A stretch of 64,000 nucleotides of DNA from an uncultured Pelagibacteraceae bacterium (GTDB lineage: Bacteria > Pseudomonadota > Alphaproteobacteria > Pelagibacterales > Pelagibacteraceae), in assembly GCA_902622245.1 (NCBI GenBank), contig CACNPC010000003.1, positions 55,491-119,490 of the forward strand. Reading direction: 5' to 3'. Shown piece after piece: positions 28,422-40,098 of the stretch. Below the pieces are notes generated by a model, which saw only the letters and a list, made by a program, of their open reading frames with translations, was not told where the DNA came from and did no database searches. How positions within the stretch are numbered: position 1 is the first letter of the stretch; each line of letters starts with the position of its first letter. Position numbers and translations under genes: made by a program.

Positions 28422-29675
28422 ATGAAAAACAAATATTCAGTATTCTCTCTAATAAAAAATGCTTTATCACAGCATGAGAATTGGCAACAAGCTTGGGGAA
28501 ATCCAGAGCCAAAAAAAGAATACGAAGCTATTATTGTGGGTGGTGGTGGACACGGTTTAGCTACTGCTTATTATTTAGCAAAGAAACATAATTTAAAAAA
28601 TATTGCTGTCTTAGAAAAAGGTTGGATTGGTGGTGGAAATACAGGGCGTAACACTACAATTATTAGATCAAATTATTTATGGGATGCTAGTGCTGGTTTA
28701 TACGATCATGCGCTTAAACTATGGGAAAATTTATCTCAAGAGCTAAACTACAATGTGATGTTCAGTCAAAGAGGTGTAATGAATTTAGCTCACAATCTTC
28801 AAGATGTAAGAGATTTAAAAAGAAGAACACATGCCAATAGACTAAACGGAATTGATGCTGTTTGGTTAAATACTGAGGAAGTTAAAAAATTTTGCCCAAT
28901 TATAAATACATCACCTAATATCAGATACCCTGTTTTGGGTGGAACGTTACAAAGAAGAGCGGGAACTGCAAGACATGATGCTGTTGCCTGGGGTTATGCA
29001 AGAGGCGCAAGCGAAATGGGTGTTGATATAATTCAAAACTGTGAAGTTAAAGGAATAAAAAGAAATGGAGATAAAGTTGAAGGATTAGAAACCACTAAAG
29101 GATTTATAAAAACTAATAAAATTGGAGTTGTTGCAGCAGGCCACTCAAGTGTAATTGCAAATATGGCTGGATTAAAACTTCCTCTTGAGAGTAAACCATT
29201 ACAAGCGTTAGTTTCAGAGCCAGTAAAACCAATTATTGATACTGTTGTAATGTCAAATGCTGTTCATGCTTATGTAAGTCAATCGGATAAAGGCGAATTA
29301 GTTATAGGTGCGGGAACAGATTCATATGTTTCATATACACAAAGAGGTAGTCATAATATTGTAGAAGAAACTTTAAAGGCTATTCTAGAGCTCTACCCTA
29401 TTTTTAGTAGAATGAAAATGTTAAGACAATGGGGAGGAATTGTTGATATATGTCCAGATGCAAGTCCTATTATAAGTAAAACTAATATAAAAGGTTTATA
29501 TTTTAATTGTGGTTGGGGTACCGGTGGTTTTAAAGCTACTCCGGGATCGGGAGATTTGTTTGCGCACACAATCGCAAATGATGAGCCACATAAATTAAAT
29601 GCAGCATTTAATTTAAATAGATTTGTAAGCGGTGATCTTGTTGATGAACATGGTGCTGCAGCAGTTGCACATTAG
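28422..29675 (+). CDS. soxB: Heterotetrameric sarcosine oxidase family, beta subunit
   Basis: [41 protein letters not shown]. Confidence 0.93.
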   Translation: MKNKYSVFSLIKNALSQHENWQQAWGNPEPKKEYEAIIVGGGGHGLATAYYLAKKHNLKNIAVLEKGWIGGGNTGRNTTIIRSNYLWDASAGLYDHALKLWENLSQELNYNVMFSQRGVMNLAHNLQDVRDLKRRTHANRLNGIDAVWLNTEEVKKFCPIINTSPNIRYPVLGGTLQRRAGTARHDAVAWGYARGASEMGVDIIQNCEVKGIKRNGDKVEGLETTKGFIKTNKIGVVAAGHSSVIANMAGLKLPLESKPLQALVSEPVKPIIDTVVMSNAVHAYVSQSDKGELVIGAGTDSYVSYTQRGSHNIVEETLKAILELYPIFSRMKMLRQWGGIVDICPDASPIISKTNIKGLYFNCGWGTGGFKATPGSGDLFAHTIANDEPHKLNAAFNLNRFVSGDLVDEHGAAAVAH

Positions 29676-29677
29676 TA

Positions 29678-29959
29678 ATGTTTTTAATTAATTGTCCATT
29701 TTGTGGAGAGAGAGATCAAAGTGAATTTTCTTCAGGTGGCGAAGCTCATATAGTTAGACCAAAACAACCAACTGAACTTAGCGATGATGAATGGGCGGAA
29801 TATCTATTTATGAGAAAAAATATTAAAGGTATTCAATTTGAAAGATGGAATCATGTTCACGGATGCAGAAAATGGTTCAACGTCGTTAGAGACACATCGA
29901 ATGATAAAATATTATCCGTTTATAAAATGGGTGAAAAACCTCCTGTTAATTATAAGTAA
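29678..29959 (+). CDS. soxD: Sarcosine oxidase family, delta subunit
   Basis: CPFCGER..SEF, ERWNHVHGCRKWFN. Confidence 0.93.
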   Translation: MFLINCPFCGERDQSEFSSGGEAHIVRPKQPTELSDDEWAEYLFMRKNIKGIQFERWNHVHGCRKWFNVVRDTSNDKILSVYKMGEKPPVNYK

Positions 29960-32900
29960 TGCCCAATTATAGAATTCATAAAACCGAATATATTGATGAA
30001 ACTAAGAGAGTTTCATTTAAATATGATGGCAAGACTTATTTTGGATATGATGGTGATACCTTGGCATCTGCACTTTTGGCAAATGGTATTCATTTAGTCG
30101 GTAGAAGTTTTAAATATCACAGACCAAGAGGTATAGTTTCTTGTGGAGCAGAAGAGCCTAATGCAATTTGTCAAATTGGTAGTAAAAAAGACCTAACAGA
30201 ACCAAATGTAAGAGCTACCGAGTTAGAATTGTATGAAGGATTAGAAGCAAGTTCTCAAAATTGCTGGCCTAACGTAAAATTTGACATTGGAGGTATTAAT
30301 AATTTTATATCACCGTTAATTCCTGCAGGCTTTTATTATAAAACATTTATGTGGCCAAAGAGTTTTTGGAAAAAAGTATATGAACCATTAATACGATTAT
30401 CTGCAGGTTTAGGAAAATCTCCTACAGAACCAGATCCTGATATCTATGATCACAAATATGTTCACTACGATGTATTGGTAATCGGTGGTGGAGTTTCAGG
30501 TATTATTGCTGCAAAAATGGCTGCAAAAAATAATTTAAAAACTTTATTAGTAGATGACAAAAAAATACTAGGTGGTTCTACAATTTATCAAAACAATGAG
30601 TCTATTAAGATTGATGATAAATTATCAAGTGAGTGGTTAAAAAATGAAATTCAAGAAATTAAAAAATTAAGTAATTTAACAATTAAGACAAGAACAAGTA
30701 TTGCAGCTTATCATGGATACAATTTTCTTTTAGCTAAAGAAAATTTAACAGATCATTTACCAGAGGAAAAAAAGAAAAATAAGATTAGACAACGATTATG
30801 GAAAATAAGAGCAAAAAAAGTTGTAATTGCAACTGGATCAATTGAAAGACCACTTGTATTCAATAATAATGATAGACCAGGAATATTACTATCTAATTCT
30901 ATAAACAAATATTTGGATTATTACGGCGTTACCTGTGGAGAAAATATAATATTATTTACAAATAATGATAGTGCATACGAAACTTCAATCTCACTTCATA
31001 AAAAAGGTATAAAGAATATAATTGTTGATTTAAGAAAATCTGCTAGTTCTGAATTAATCAAACAAGCTGAAAGTCTAGGAATAAAAATCTACTTCAATCA
31101 TGTTGTAACAAATACTTTTGGATACAGAAAAATAAATTCATTAGAAATCATGAAACTATCGGAAGATGGAAATACAACTATAGGTGATAAGATTAAATTA
31201 AGTTGTGACTGTTTAGGTATGAGTGGTGGATGGACACCTATGGTGCATATGCATACTCAATCTGGAGGTAAATTAGATTTTAGAGATAAAGACCAAGTAT
31301 TCTTACCAAAAGAAAATAGTCAAGATCAAATTTCTGTTGGTTCATGCAATGGAGATTTTGATTTAGAAAATATTATAGATAAAACAGTCAATAAAATTAA
31401 TAAATTCTTAGATATAGATAATCAAGATTACCAGGAAACAAATATAATTTGCTCTAAAGAAAATGATAAAAGAAACATATGGCTTTTACCAAATAAAATA
31501 CCTTTAGGTAAAACAAAATGCTTTATAGATTTTCAAAATGACTCAACTGCAAAAGATATTAAATTAGCCTTAAAAGAAGGCTTTAGATCAATTGAACATG
31601 TAAAAAGATATACAACGACTGGTATGGCAACAGATCAGGGAAAGTTATCTAATATGCACGCACTTGGGATTATAGCTGATACAGCTGGTGTAAAAATGGG
31701 TACATTGGGAACAACAACATTTAGACCACCATTCACACCATTAACCTTCGGAACACTAGTTGGGAGAAATGTTGGAAAATTTTTTGAAGTAGTAAGAAAA
31801 ACATCTATGCATGAATGGCATGTAGAAAATAATGCAGAATTTGAAAATGTTGGTCAGTGGAAAAGACCCTGGTACTATGCAAAAAATGGAGAAAATATGC
31901 ATGATGCTGTTCAAAGAGAAAGTAAAGCGGCACGTGACAGTGCAGGTATCTTAGACGCATCAACTCTAGGAAAAATTGATATCCAAGGAACAGATGCATC
32001 AGAATTTTTAAATCGAGTTTACACAAATGCTTGGTCAAAACTTGCAATCGGAAAATGTAGATACGGACTTATGTTAAACGAGGATGGTATGGTTTATGAC
32101 GACGGTGTTACTACAAGAATATCTGAAAATCATTTTCTTATGACAACTACTACTGGGGGAGCCGCAAATGTATTAAGCAAACTTGAGGATTATTTACAAA
32201 CGGAGTGGCCAGAGCTAGATGTTTATTTAACATCAGTGACAGATCATTATTCTACAGCAAGTATTTGTGGTCCAAATTCAAAAAAAATTCTTAACAAACT
32301 TTTTCCAAATTTAGATTTAAGTGATGAAAACTTTCCTCATATGTCATTTAAAGAAGATAAACTTGAAAATATAAATTGTAGAATAATGAGAATAAGTTTT
32401 ACAGGTGAACTAAGCTATGAAATTAACATAGAGTCGAAATATGGAAATTCATTATGGAAAATGTGTATAGAAGCTGGGAAAGAGTTTAATTTGACACCTT
32501 ATGGTACTGAAACAATGCACCTACTCAGAGCTGAAAAAGGTTTCATTATTGTTGGACAAGATACAGACGGCACAATGACTCCTTCAGACTTACAGATGGA
32601 TTGGATTGTAAGTAAAAAGAAATATGACTTCATTGGTAAAAGATCTTTATACAGAAGTGATACTATTAGAGAAGATAGAAAGCAATTGGTAGGACTACTT
32701 ACAGATGATCCAAAAGAAATTTTGGAAGAAGGTGCTCAAATTGTTTCAGACATTAAATCAAAGCCTATAGATATGCTAGGACATGTAACTTCAAGCTATT
32801 TTAGTCCAAACCTAAATAAATCAATTGCCTTGGCTGTAGTTAGAAGTGGTAAAACAATGAAGGGTCAAAAGTTAATTATTCCAATGGAAAACAAAAATAT

Positions 32901-32961
32901 TAATGTGACCGTTTCTGACACAATTTTTTTAGACAAGGAGAATAAAAGACTAAATGCTTGA
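29959..32961 (+). CDS. soxA: Sarcosine oxidase family, alpha subunit
   Basis: GDTLASALLANG, KYHRPRG, KRYTTTGMATDQGK, GcvT-like folate-binding C-terminus. Confidence 0.94.
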   Translation: MPNYRIHKTEYIDETKRVSFKYDGKTYFGYDGDTLASALLANGIHLVGRSFKYHRPRGIVSCGAEEPNAICQIGSKKDLTEPNVRATELELYEGLEASSQNCWPNVKFDIGGINNFISPLIPAGFYYKTFMWPKSFWKKVYEPLIRLSAGLGKSPTEPDPDIYDHKYVHYDVLVIGGGVSGIIAAKMAAKNNLKTLLVDDKKILGGSTIYQNNESIKIDDKLSSEWLKNEIQEIKKLSNLTIKTRTSIAAYHGYNFLLAKENLTDHLPEEKKKNKIRQRLWKIRAKKVVIATGSIERPLVFNNNDRPGILLSNSINKYLDYYGVTCGENIILFTNNDSAYETSISLHKKGIKNIIVDLRKSASSELIKQAESLGIKIYFNHVVTNTFGYRKINSLEIMKLSEDGNTTIGDKIKLSCDCLGMSGGWTPMVHMHTQSGGKLDFRDKDQVFLPKENSQDQISVGSCNGDFDLENIIDKTVNKINKFLDIDNQDYQETNIICSKENDKRNIWLLPNKIPLGKTKCFIDFQNDSTAKDIKLALKEGFRSIEHVKRYTTTGMATDQGKLSNMHALGIIADTAGVKMGTLGTTTFRPPFTPLTFGTLVGRNVGKFFEVVRKTSMHEWHVENNAEFENVGQWKRPWYYAKNGENMHDAVQRESKAARDSAGILDASTLGKIDIQGTDASEFLNRVYTNAWSKLAIGKCRYGLMLNEDGMVYDDGVTTRISENHFLMTTTTGGAANVLSKLEDYLQTEWPELDVYLTSVTDHYSTASICGPNSKKILNKLFPNLDLSDENFPHMSFKEDKLENINCRIMRISFTGELSYEINIESKYGNSLWKMCIEAGKEFNLTPYGTETMHLLRAEKGFIIVGQDTDGTMTPSDLQMDWIVSKKKYDFIGKRSLYRSDTIREDRKQLVGLLTDDPKEILEEGAQIVSDIKSKPIDMLGHVTSSYFSPNLNKSIALAVVRSGKTMKGQKLIIPMENKNINVTVSDTIFLDKENKRLNA

Positions 32962-33502
32962 CATTTTACATCCAAATATTTCGAATATTAATAAAAACAA
33001 TATCGATATTAATTTATCTGAAGAAAAAATTAAAATTAATATCAGGGGAAAAAATAAAGAATTTTTTACCAAAGTGGGTAAAATTCTATCTATTATTTTA
33101 CCTTCTGAGTCAAATACCAGTTCATCAAATGAAAACTATGATGTTTTGTGGCTAAGTCCGGATGAATGGATGATATATTTTGATGAAAATAAAAATTCAA
33201 ATATTTTTGATCAACTTTATAAAGATATTTCGTCTTTAAATTTTGGATCAATTACTGATATCTCTTCACAATTAATTAGCATAAATATAAAAGGAGAAAA
33301 TATATTTGAATTATTATCATCTGGATCACCTTTTAATTTCGAAAAATTTAAAAATAATGTTGGTTCATCAACTCAAACGATAGTAAATCATATTGATGTA
33401 ATTCTTCATCACAAGTCAAAGAATAATGTTAATTTATTTGTAAGAAGATCGTTTTCAGAACACCTTTATGAATGGTTAGTTGATAGCTCTAATTTTGTCT
33501 AA
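32954..33502 (+). CDS. soxG: Sarcosine oxidase family, gamma subunit
   Basis: WLSPDEW, VRRSFSEHLYEWL; position in operon. Confidence 0.88.
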   Translation: MLDILHPNISNINKNNIDINLSEEKIKINIRGKNKEFFTKVGKILSIILPSESNTSSSNENYDVLWLSPDEWMIYFDENKNSNIFDQLYKDISSLNFGSITDISSQLISINIKGENIFELLSSGSPFNFEKFKNNVGSSTQTIVNHIDVILHHKSKNNVNLFVRRSFSEHLYEWLVDSSNFV

Positions 33503-34825
33503 TTTATAATTCAAATAAAAATAAGTATAACCAAGATACATCAGAGAGAAAATCCAATTGAATATTACCCATAACCAAAAAAATTCAGAAAAGTCAGAAT
33601 TAAAATAAATTGCAGTATAAAATACAACAAATGGAAAAATTCCATTTCGGCAAATATTAGCAATTAATGCGTTTTCAGCTTTTTTTAAAGCCATAAAAAA
33701 ACCATTTGATAAAAAAAATATTGGATAAGCTGGTAGCACAAAGGCTGAAATCTCTAAATATAATTTTCCAAATTCAACGACCTCTAAATCTTTTGAAAAT
33801 AATTTTGTTATCATTTCAGCACCAAAATAAATAATAAAAGAAGAAATAATCATTATAATGAAAGCATATTTTATAGCTTGGAAGTACGTTTCTTTAATTC
33901 TTAAAATATTTCTTGCACCAAAATTTTGAGCAATAATTGTGATAATTGCTGTATTTATTCCCAAGATTGGCAATAAAACCACTTGTTCTATTTTAGTGCC
34001 AGCTCCATAACCAGCTGCTGCATATTCTCCTGATAAACCTGCATATTTGAATACAATAGCAGAAGCAATAGAATAACCGCAAATTGAAATTATTATTGGC
34101 ATAGATTGAAAAAAAATATTTTTTAAAAAAAAAAATTTAGGAATAAAATAAGAAATAAGTATGTTTTTAATTAATTTACTTTTTAAAACTTTTTTAAATA
34201 TGATTAAAAAAGCGACCGTTTGAGCAATTAGAGTTGCTATTGCAATACCCTTCATACCCAAAGCTGGTATGAAATAAAATCCAAATATTAAAATTGGATT
34301 TAACAATATGTTTAAAAAAAAAGATAATATTAAAGCATTTCTATAAGTTTTCGTATCGCCTTCTGCATGAAGTAATGAATTTAATGCAACAACTAAAATA
34401 AAAATAAATGAACCAAGGAAAATGATATCTGTATATTGTAAGCCAAGATTTATTACCTCGTTAGTTGAACCCATAATTGAAAAAAGGTCTGATGCATAAT
34501 TTAAACCAATAAAAGTAATCAACAGAATTATCAAAAAAGAAAAGAAAATTAATTGGCAGAAATAAATTGAAGCATTTTTATTATTTTTTTCTCCAATGCT
34601 ATTACCTATCAGTGATGTACCTGCAACTGTGATACCAATAGATGAGGCAATAATAATAAAATAAATTGGAAAAGATTTTGTTAAAGCTGACAAAGCTTCA
34701 GGTGATATTTTTCCTGCAAAATATGTATCAGCAATATTATATAACGTTTGAAAGAGTGTACCTACAGATGCAGGTATCGCTAATTTTTTAATTAATTCTT
34801 TGATGTCATCACTTAATATATTCAT
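33476..34825 (-). CDS. MATE-family efflux transporter
   Basis: LAIPA...YNIADTYFAG, GDTKT, NIILNP, GIAIAT; about 12 TM segments. Confidence 0.9.
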   Translation of the reverse strand: MNILSDDIKELIKKLAIPASVGTLFQTLYNIADTYFAGKISPEALSALTKSFPIYFIIIASSIGITVAGTSLIGNSIGEKNNKNASIYFCQLIFFSFLIILLITFIGLNYASDLFSIMGSTNEVINLGLQYTDIIFLGSFIFILVVALNSLLHAEGDTKTYRNALILSFFLNILLNPILIFGFYFIPALGMKGIAIATLIAQTVAFLIIFKKVLKSKLIKNILISYFIPKFFFLKNIFFQSMPIIISICGYSIASAIVFKYAGLSGEYAAAGYGAGTKIEQVVLLPILGINTAIITIIAQNFGARNILRIKETYFQAIKYAFIIMIISSFIIYFGAEMITKLFSKDLEVVEFGKLYLEISAFVLPAYPIFFLSNGFFMALKKAENALIANICRNGIFPFVVFYTAIYFNSDFSEFFWLWVIFNWIFSLMYLGYTYFYLNYKLDKIRAIN

Positions 34826-34829
34826 GATA

Positions 34830-35702
34830 TTATTTTTTTGAATTTATCATTTGATTGTGCCTCATTGTGAAACGTTTTATTTGATCATTTGTCAATTTAT
34901 CAAAACAATTTGGACATGATAGGCCTACTTTATACTTTTTTGATTTGGTTAGTTTTTTATGCAATGGCATTCTACAACCACCACAAACAGTATAATTTCC
35001 AATTTCTAGGTTTTTTTTAATAGTAACTCTTTTATCAAAAACAAAACATTCACCATTCCACTTACTTTTTTTTGGATCAGTTTTGTTAAGATAATTTAAG
35101 ATACCACCCTTAAGCATATAAACATTTTTAAAACCTTTATTATTAAGATAATTAGACGCTTTTTCACACCTGATACCTCCGGTGCAAAACATCCCTATTG
35201 ATTCATCTTTACTAAATTTTGATAAATAATTTTTAAAATCTCTAAAATTTTTAGTTTCTGGATTAAGAGCATTTTTAAATGTACCAATCTTATATTCAAA
35301 AGGTTTTCTGGCATCAATCAGTTTAATATTTTTTTTAGATATAAATTCGTCCCATTTTTTAGGTGATAAATATTTCTTATTAAAAAAATTTTTAAAATTA
35401 ATTTTTTCATTAATTGGAACTACTTCATCTTTTATTTTAACTTTATTTTTTGTGTATGGTAATATTTTTGAGTTAAATTTATTTTGAATATCAAATCTAT
35501 CAATTGATAAGATATTCTTTATTTTTGTAATTGTAAGTTTAATTTTTTTATGACTACCTGATATTGTACCATTAATTCCTTCAGGAGATAATATTATAAG
35601 ACCTTTAATATCAAGCTTATTAGTTTCTTTTAAAATATTTTTTTTAATAATTTTTAATTTATTAAGTTTTGATATTTTATAAAAAGATAGGATTTCAAAC
35701 AT
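34830..35702 (-). CDS. trhO: Rhodanese-domain tRNA U34 hydroxylase (TrhO/YceA family)
   Basis: EGINGT, IDARKPFEYKIGTF, FCTGGIRCEKA, LKGGILNYL, GECFVFDKRV; ATG 35702. Confidence 0.88.
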   Translation of the reverse strand: MFEILSFYKISKLNKLKIIKKNILKETNKLDIKGLIILSPEGINGTISGSHKKIKLTITKIKNILSIDRFDIQNKFNSKILPYTKNKVKIKDEVVPINEKINFKNFFNKKYLSPKKWDEFISKKNIKLIDARKPFEYKIGTFKNALNPETKNFRDFKNYLSKFSKDESIGMFCTGGIRCEKASNYLNNKGFKNVYMLKGGILNYLNKTDPKKSKWNGECFVFDKRVTIKKNLEIGNYTVCGGCRMPLHKKLTKSKKYKVGLSCPNCFDKLTNDQIKRFTMRHNQMINSKK

Positions 35703-35704
35703 AA

Positions 35705-36352
35705 TTACCAACAAACTGTAAAACCATCACCAATTGGTAAAATATACTTATTAATAGGTGAATTTTTAATGTATTTATTAAATTTTCTTAATTTTATAGT
35801 TAATTTGTCTTTTATCTTTGGATTTGCAACATCTCCTTTCCAAAGTGTATTATCAATTAAAATTATACCCTTTTTGCTTTTTAATTTAAGAGACTGATTA
35901 AAATAATTTATATAATTTTCTTTATCTGCATCAATTAATATCACGTCATATTTTTCCTTTTTCTTAATTAGATTTTCAAGAGCAATTTTTCCATTTTCAC
36001 AGAGAAGATTTATTTTTTTATCTTGCTTTGCTTCTTTAAAAAACTTAATTGCCTCATTGTTAGTTTTTAAATTTTTATCTATGCCAATTAATTTGCAATT
36101 CTTAGGTAAAGCAAGTGCAGCAGATAAAATGCTGTAACCTGTAAAAGTGCCAATTTCTAAATATGATTTATAGTTATTAATTTTTATGATAAATTGTATG
36201 AAGTTAGCTTGTAGAATTGAAATTTGTAATTTTTTAATATGACCAAGTTTTTCGTTATATTTTAATAATTTTTTTTGTACTTTGTGAAGATTATTTGTAT
36301 GTGAAAAAATATAATTGATCATATTTTGATCAATTATGAAATTTTTATCCAT
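35705..36352 (-). CDS. Cation-dependent class I O-methyltransferase (CCoAOMT/TrmR-like)
   Basis: [29 protein letters not shown]. Confidence 0.88.
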   Translation of the reverse strand: MDKNFIIDQNMINYIFSHTNNLHKVQKKLLKYNEKLGHIKKLQISILQANFIQFIIKINNYKSYLEIGTFTGYSILSAALALPKNCKLIGIDKNLKTNNEAIKFFKEAKQDKKINLLCENGKIALENLIKKKEKYDVILIDADKENYINYFNQSLKLKSKKGIILIDNTLWKGDVANPKIKDKLTIKLRKFNKYIKNSPINKYILPIGDGFTVCW

Positions 36353-37811
36353 TCAACTTTTCTTTTAATATTTTGTTTATTAATTGAGGATTGCCTTTTC
36401 CTTTACTTTCTTTCATGGCTTGACCAACAAAAAAACCAAATAATTTATCTTTACCAGATTTATATTCAGCAACCTTATCTGAATTATTTTCAATAACTTT
36501 ATTTATCAATTCCTCTATCGCTTTTGGATCGCTTTCTTGTTTTAAACCTTTTTCTTTTACTATTATTAATGGATCTTGATCTCCATCTATCATTTGTTCA
36601 AAAACCGTTTTAGCTATTTTTCCTGATATAGTTCCATCTTTTATAAGGTTTATAAGTTTTGATAGATTTTTAGCACTAACTGGGCTTTGAGATATTTCTA
36701 AATTTTTTTCATTTAAAACTGCAAATAATTCACCTGTAATCCAGTTTGTTGCTAATTTAACATCTGAATTTTTTATAACTTCTTCAAAGAAATTTGATGT
36801 TTCAATATCAGATACCAAAATTGTTGCTTCATATGGTGAAAGATTAAATTTATCTATAAATCTTTTTTTCTTTTCATCTGGTAATTCAGGTATATCTGAT
36901 TTTATTTTTTCAATTAACTCTTGGCTTATTTCAAGCGGTAATAGATCTGGATCAGGAAAATATCTGTAATCATGCGCGTCTTCTTTTGATCTCATAGATC
37001 TTGTCTCATTTCTTTTAGTGTCAAAAAGTCTTGTCTCTTGATCTATGTCTTTCCCCTCCTCTAACAAATCTATTTGTCTATTTGCTTCAGATATTATTGC
37101 CATTTGCATAAATTTTATTGAATTAACATTTTTAATTTCACACCTGGTGCCAAATTCAGTCTCCCCTTTTAATCTTACTGATACATTAACATCTGCCCTC
37201 AAAGAACCTTCTTGCATATTGCCATCACATGTTCCTAAATATCTCATTATCGATCTTAATTTTTTTATATAAACGTTGACTTCATCTGGAGATCTCAAAT
37301 CAGGCTTACTTACTATTTCCATTAAAGCCACTCCAGATCTATTTAAATCAACTAATGTATTATTTGGATCAATATCATGAATACTTTTACCTGCATCTTG
37401 CTCTAAGTGTAATCTTTCAATTCCAATTTCTTTTTGACCATACGGCATATCTAAAATTACTTTTCCTTCACCGACAATTGGATATTTGTATTGAGAGATT
37501 TGATATCCTTGGGGTAAATCTGCATAAAAATAATTTTTTCTATCAAAGACAGATTTTTTATTTATTTTGGCTTTAAGTCCTATTCCAGTTTTAATTGCTT
37601 GATCAATACAAAATTCATTTATAACTGGTAACATTCCTGGAAATGCTGCGTCTACGAGACTAACTTGTGTGTTTGGTTCTGCACCAAATTTTGTTGATGA
37701 TTGAGAGAAAAGTTTTGACTCTGAAGTAACTTGAGCGTGCACTTCTAAACCAATTATCACTTCATATTGTTTATTTTCTCTTTCAATAAGATATTCACTA
37801 TTTTTACTCAC
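36345..37811 (-). CDS. gatB: Asp/Glu-tRNA amidotransferase subunit B
   Basis: [40 protein letters not shown]. Confidence 0.98.
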   Translation of the reverse strand: MSKNSEYLIERENKQYEVIIGLEVHAQVTSESKLFSQSSTKFGAEPNTQVSLVDAAFPGMLPVINEFCIDQAIKTGIGLKAKINKKSVFDRKNYFYADLPQGYQISQYKYPIVGEGKVILDMPYGQKEIGIERLHLEQDAGKSIHDIDPNNTLVDLNRSGVALMEIVSKPDLRSPDEVNVYIKKLRSIMRYLGTCDGNMQEGSLRADVNVSVRLKGETEFGTRCEIKNVNSIKFMQMAIISEANRQIDLLEEGKDIDQETRLFDTKRNETRSMRSKEDAHDYRYFPDPDLLPLEISQELIEKIKSDIPELPDEKKKRFIDKFNLSPYEATILVSDIETSNFFEEVIKNSDVKLATNWITGELFAVLNEKNLEISQSPVSAKNLSKLINLIKDGTISGKIAKTVFEQMIDGDQDPLIIVKEKGLKQESDPKAIEELINKVIENNSDKVAEYKSGKDKLFGFFVGQAMKESKGKGNPQLINKILKEKLNG

Positions 37812-39264
37812 TTAACCACCAGTCTGAAATATCATTTTTAAAATTAATCTTATCTTCTAATGCATAAGAAATATTAAGTATATTTTGTTCATCAAAAGGT
37901 TTTCCAATTACTTGAAGGCCTAAAGGATAATTATTTTTATCTTTACCAGCTGGTATAGAAATACCTGGTAAGCCCGCTAGATTTATTGGAACTGTAAATA
38001 TATCATTTAAATACATTGATACTGGATCATTTGTTTTTTCACCAATTTTAAATGCTGAGCTTGGAGTAGATGGAGTTAAAATTGCATCAACTTTAGAAAA
38101 GGCATCATCAAAATCTTTTTTTATTAATTTTCTTACTTTCTGCGCTTTTAGATAATAGGCATCATAGTAACCAGAAGATAAAACATAAGTTCCAATCATA
38201 ATTCTTCTTTTAACTTCATCACCAAAACCTTCAGATCTAGTTTTTTCGTACATTTCTATTAAATTTTGACCAGGAGATCTAAATCCATATTTAACACCAT
38301 CATATCTTGCTAGATTTGAAGATGCTTCAGCTGGTGCAACAATATAATAAGTTGGTAATGCGTAATTAGTATGTGGAAGCGAAATATCGATAATTTCTGC
38401 TCCGCAATCTTTTGCATATGAGATACCATTTTTCCATAGCTGTTCAATTTCGTCAGGCATATTGTCAACTCTATATTCTTTAGGAATACCAATTTTCTTT
38501 CCTTTAATATCTTTTGATAATTCTTTTGAATAACAATTTCTTTTGTAATCAATTGAGGTTGAATCTTTTTGATCAAATGAAGAGATTACCTCTAAAAGAA
38601 TAGAACAGTCTCTTACATTTTTCGTCATAGGTCCTGCTTGGTCTAAAGATGAAGCAAATGCTACAATTCCATAACGAGAACAACTTCCATATGTAGGTTT
38701 AAGTCCAACAGTTCCTGTAAATGATGCTGGTTGACGAATAGATCCACCTGTATCTGTTCCAATGGTAACTGGAGTTAAATTTGCAGCGACAGCTGCAGAA
38801 GAACCTCCTGAAGATCCACCAGGGACTAAATTTTCTCCTACCGGATTTTGAACATTTCCAAAAAAACTAGTTTCATTTGAAGAGCCCATAGCAAATTCAT
38901 CACAATTAAGTTTACCAAGAAGTATTGCTCCTTGACTCCACAAATTTTGAGTAACTGTAGACTCATATGTTGGAACGAAGTTATTTAATATTTTGCTACC
39001 TGCTGTTGTTCTAACTCCATTTGTACAAAATAAATCTTTAACAGCAATGGGAATACCTGGTAGTTTTAAATCAAAGTTAGGATTAGAATCAAATTTCTTT
39101 GATTGATCTATTGCTTTTTCAAAATTATCCGTAACATAAACATTTAATTTTTTTGATTTTTCAGCACGGTCTATAAATGCTTTTGTAATTTCCCCTGAAG
39201 ATAGTTTTTTTTCTTTTACATTCGATGTTAATTCGAATAAACTTTGACTTGTTATATCTGACAT
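37804..39264 (-). CDS. gatA: Asp/Glu-tRNA amidotransferase subunit A
   Basis: [36 protein letters not shown]. Confidence 0.98.
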   Translation of the reverse strand: MSDITSQSLFELTSNVKEKKLSSGEITKAFIDRAEKSKKLNVYVTDNFEKAIDQSKKFDSNPNFDLKLPGIPIAVKDLFCTNGVRTTAGSKILNNFVPTYESTVTQNLWSQGAILLGKLNCDEFAMGSSNETSFFGNVQNPVGENLVPGGSSGGSSAAVAANLTPVTIGTDTGGSIRQPASFTGTVGLKPTYGSCSRYGIVAFASSLDQAGPMTKNVRDCSILLEVISSFDQKDSTSIDYKRNCYSKELSKDIKGKKIGIPKEYRVDNMPDEIEQLWKNGISYAKDCGAEIIDISLPHTNYALPTYYIVAPAEASSNLARYDGVKYGFRSPGQNLIEMYEKTRSEGFGDEVKRRIMIGTYVLSSGYYDAYYLKAQKVRKLIKKDFDDAFSKVDAILTPSTPSSAFKIGEKTNDPVSMYLNDIFTVPINLAGLPGISIPAGKDKNNYPLGLQVIGKPFDEQNILNISYALEDKINFKNDISDWWLSE

Positions 39265-39551
39265 TATTCAACAACCTTTGGTACAACAAAAAAATCTTTA
39301 TTTTCTTCAGGAGAGTTTTTTAAAATTTTTTCTCTAATATTTTCTGATTTAATTTCATCTTTTCTAAATCTTAGGGTGGTTTCAGCAATTGATGTTAAGG
39401 CTTGAACATTATCAGTATTTAATTCATTTAATTTTTCTATAAATTCAAATATATTATTTAAGTCGCCCTTTAATTTATTAGCTTTTTCATCATCGATAGA
39501 AATTCTTGCTAATTTCGAAATGTGCTTTACTGTTTTAAGATCTATACTCAT
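39264..39551 (-). CDS. gatC: Asp/Glu-tRNA amidotransferase subunit C
   Basis: [10 protein letters not shown]...FFVVPKVVE; ATG 39551 preferred over 39608. Confidence 0.94.
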   Translation of the reverse strand: MSIDLKTVKHISKLARISIDDEKANKLKGDLNNIFEFIEKLNELNTDNVQALTSIAETTLRFRKDEIKSENIREKILKNSPEENKDFFVVPKVVE

Positions 39552-39600
39552 ATGGTAAAAATATTGCCGCAAACTATCACTTAAGTAAATAATATACAAT

Positions 39601-40056
39601 ATGATCACAATTGAGGAATTTAAAAAGAAACAGCTAAATACATCTAGATTAATTGGTCTTGATTTAGGTTCAAAGAGAATTGGTGTAGCTATATGTGATG
39701 AAAATCAAAAAATTGCCACACCGCTTAAAACAATAAACAAATCCAAATTTGAAGATCTTATCAATGAATTAGAGGATATTATTAAAGAAAATAATATTAA
39801 AGGAATAATTATTGGAAATCCAATTAATATGGATGGTAGCTTAGGTAAATCCTCTCAATCAGTAAATGATGTGTCAAAAGCAATATCAAAAGAAATTGAT
39901 CTTCCAATAAGTCTTTGGGATGAAAGATTATCAACAGTTGGAGCGTTTAAATTAACCGAAAATTTAGGTATTAACGTAACTAAAAGAGAAAAAAATATAG
40001 ATAAAAATGCTGCTGCATTTATCTTACAGGGTGCCATAGATTTTATTAATAATTAA
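39601..40056 (+). CDS. ruvX: YqgF/RuvX family nuclease (pre-16S rRNA maturation)
   Basis: GLDLGSKRIGVA, WDERLST, DKNAAAFILQ. Confidence 0.93.
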   Translation: MITIEEFKKKQLNTSRLIGLDLGSKRIGVAICDENQKIATPLKTINKSKFEDLINELEDIIKENNIKGIIIGNPINMDGSLGKSSQSVNDVSKAISKEIDLPISLWDERLSTVGAFKLTENLGINVTKREKNIDKNAAAFILQGAIDFINN

Positions 40057-40059
40057 TAC

Positions 40060-40088
40060 TTGCATTAATCAACCTTTGTGGCTATAGA
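40060..40088 (+). promoter_or_regulatory. Putative sigma70 promoter of pyrB
   Basis: TTGCAT (40060-40065), 17 nt, TATAGA (40083-40088), then 10 nt to ATG 40099. Confidence 0.5.
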
Positions 40089-40098
40089 GTTGGTTTTA

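Noticed and set aside
40066-40097. Hairpin upstream of pyrB as a pyrimidine attenuator
   Set aside because: Weak stem with a bulge and G-T pairs, no U tract, and it overlaps the likely promoter so would not be transcribed
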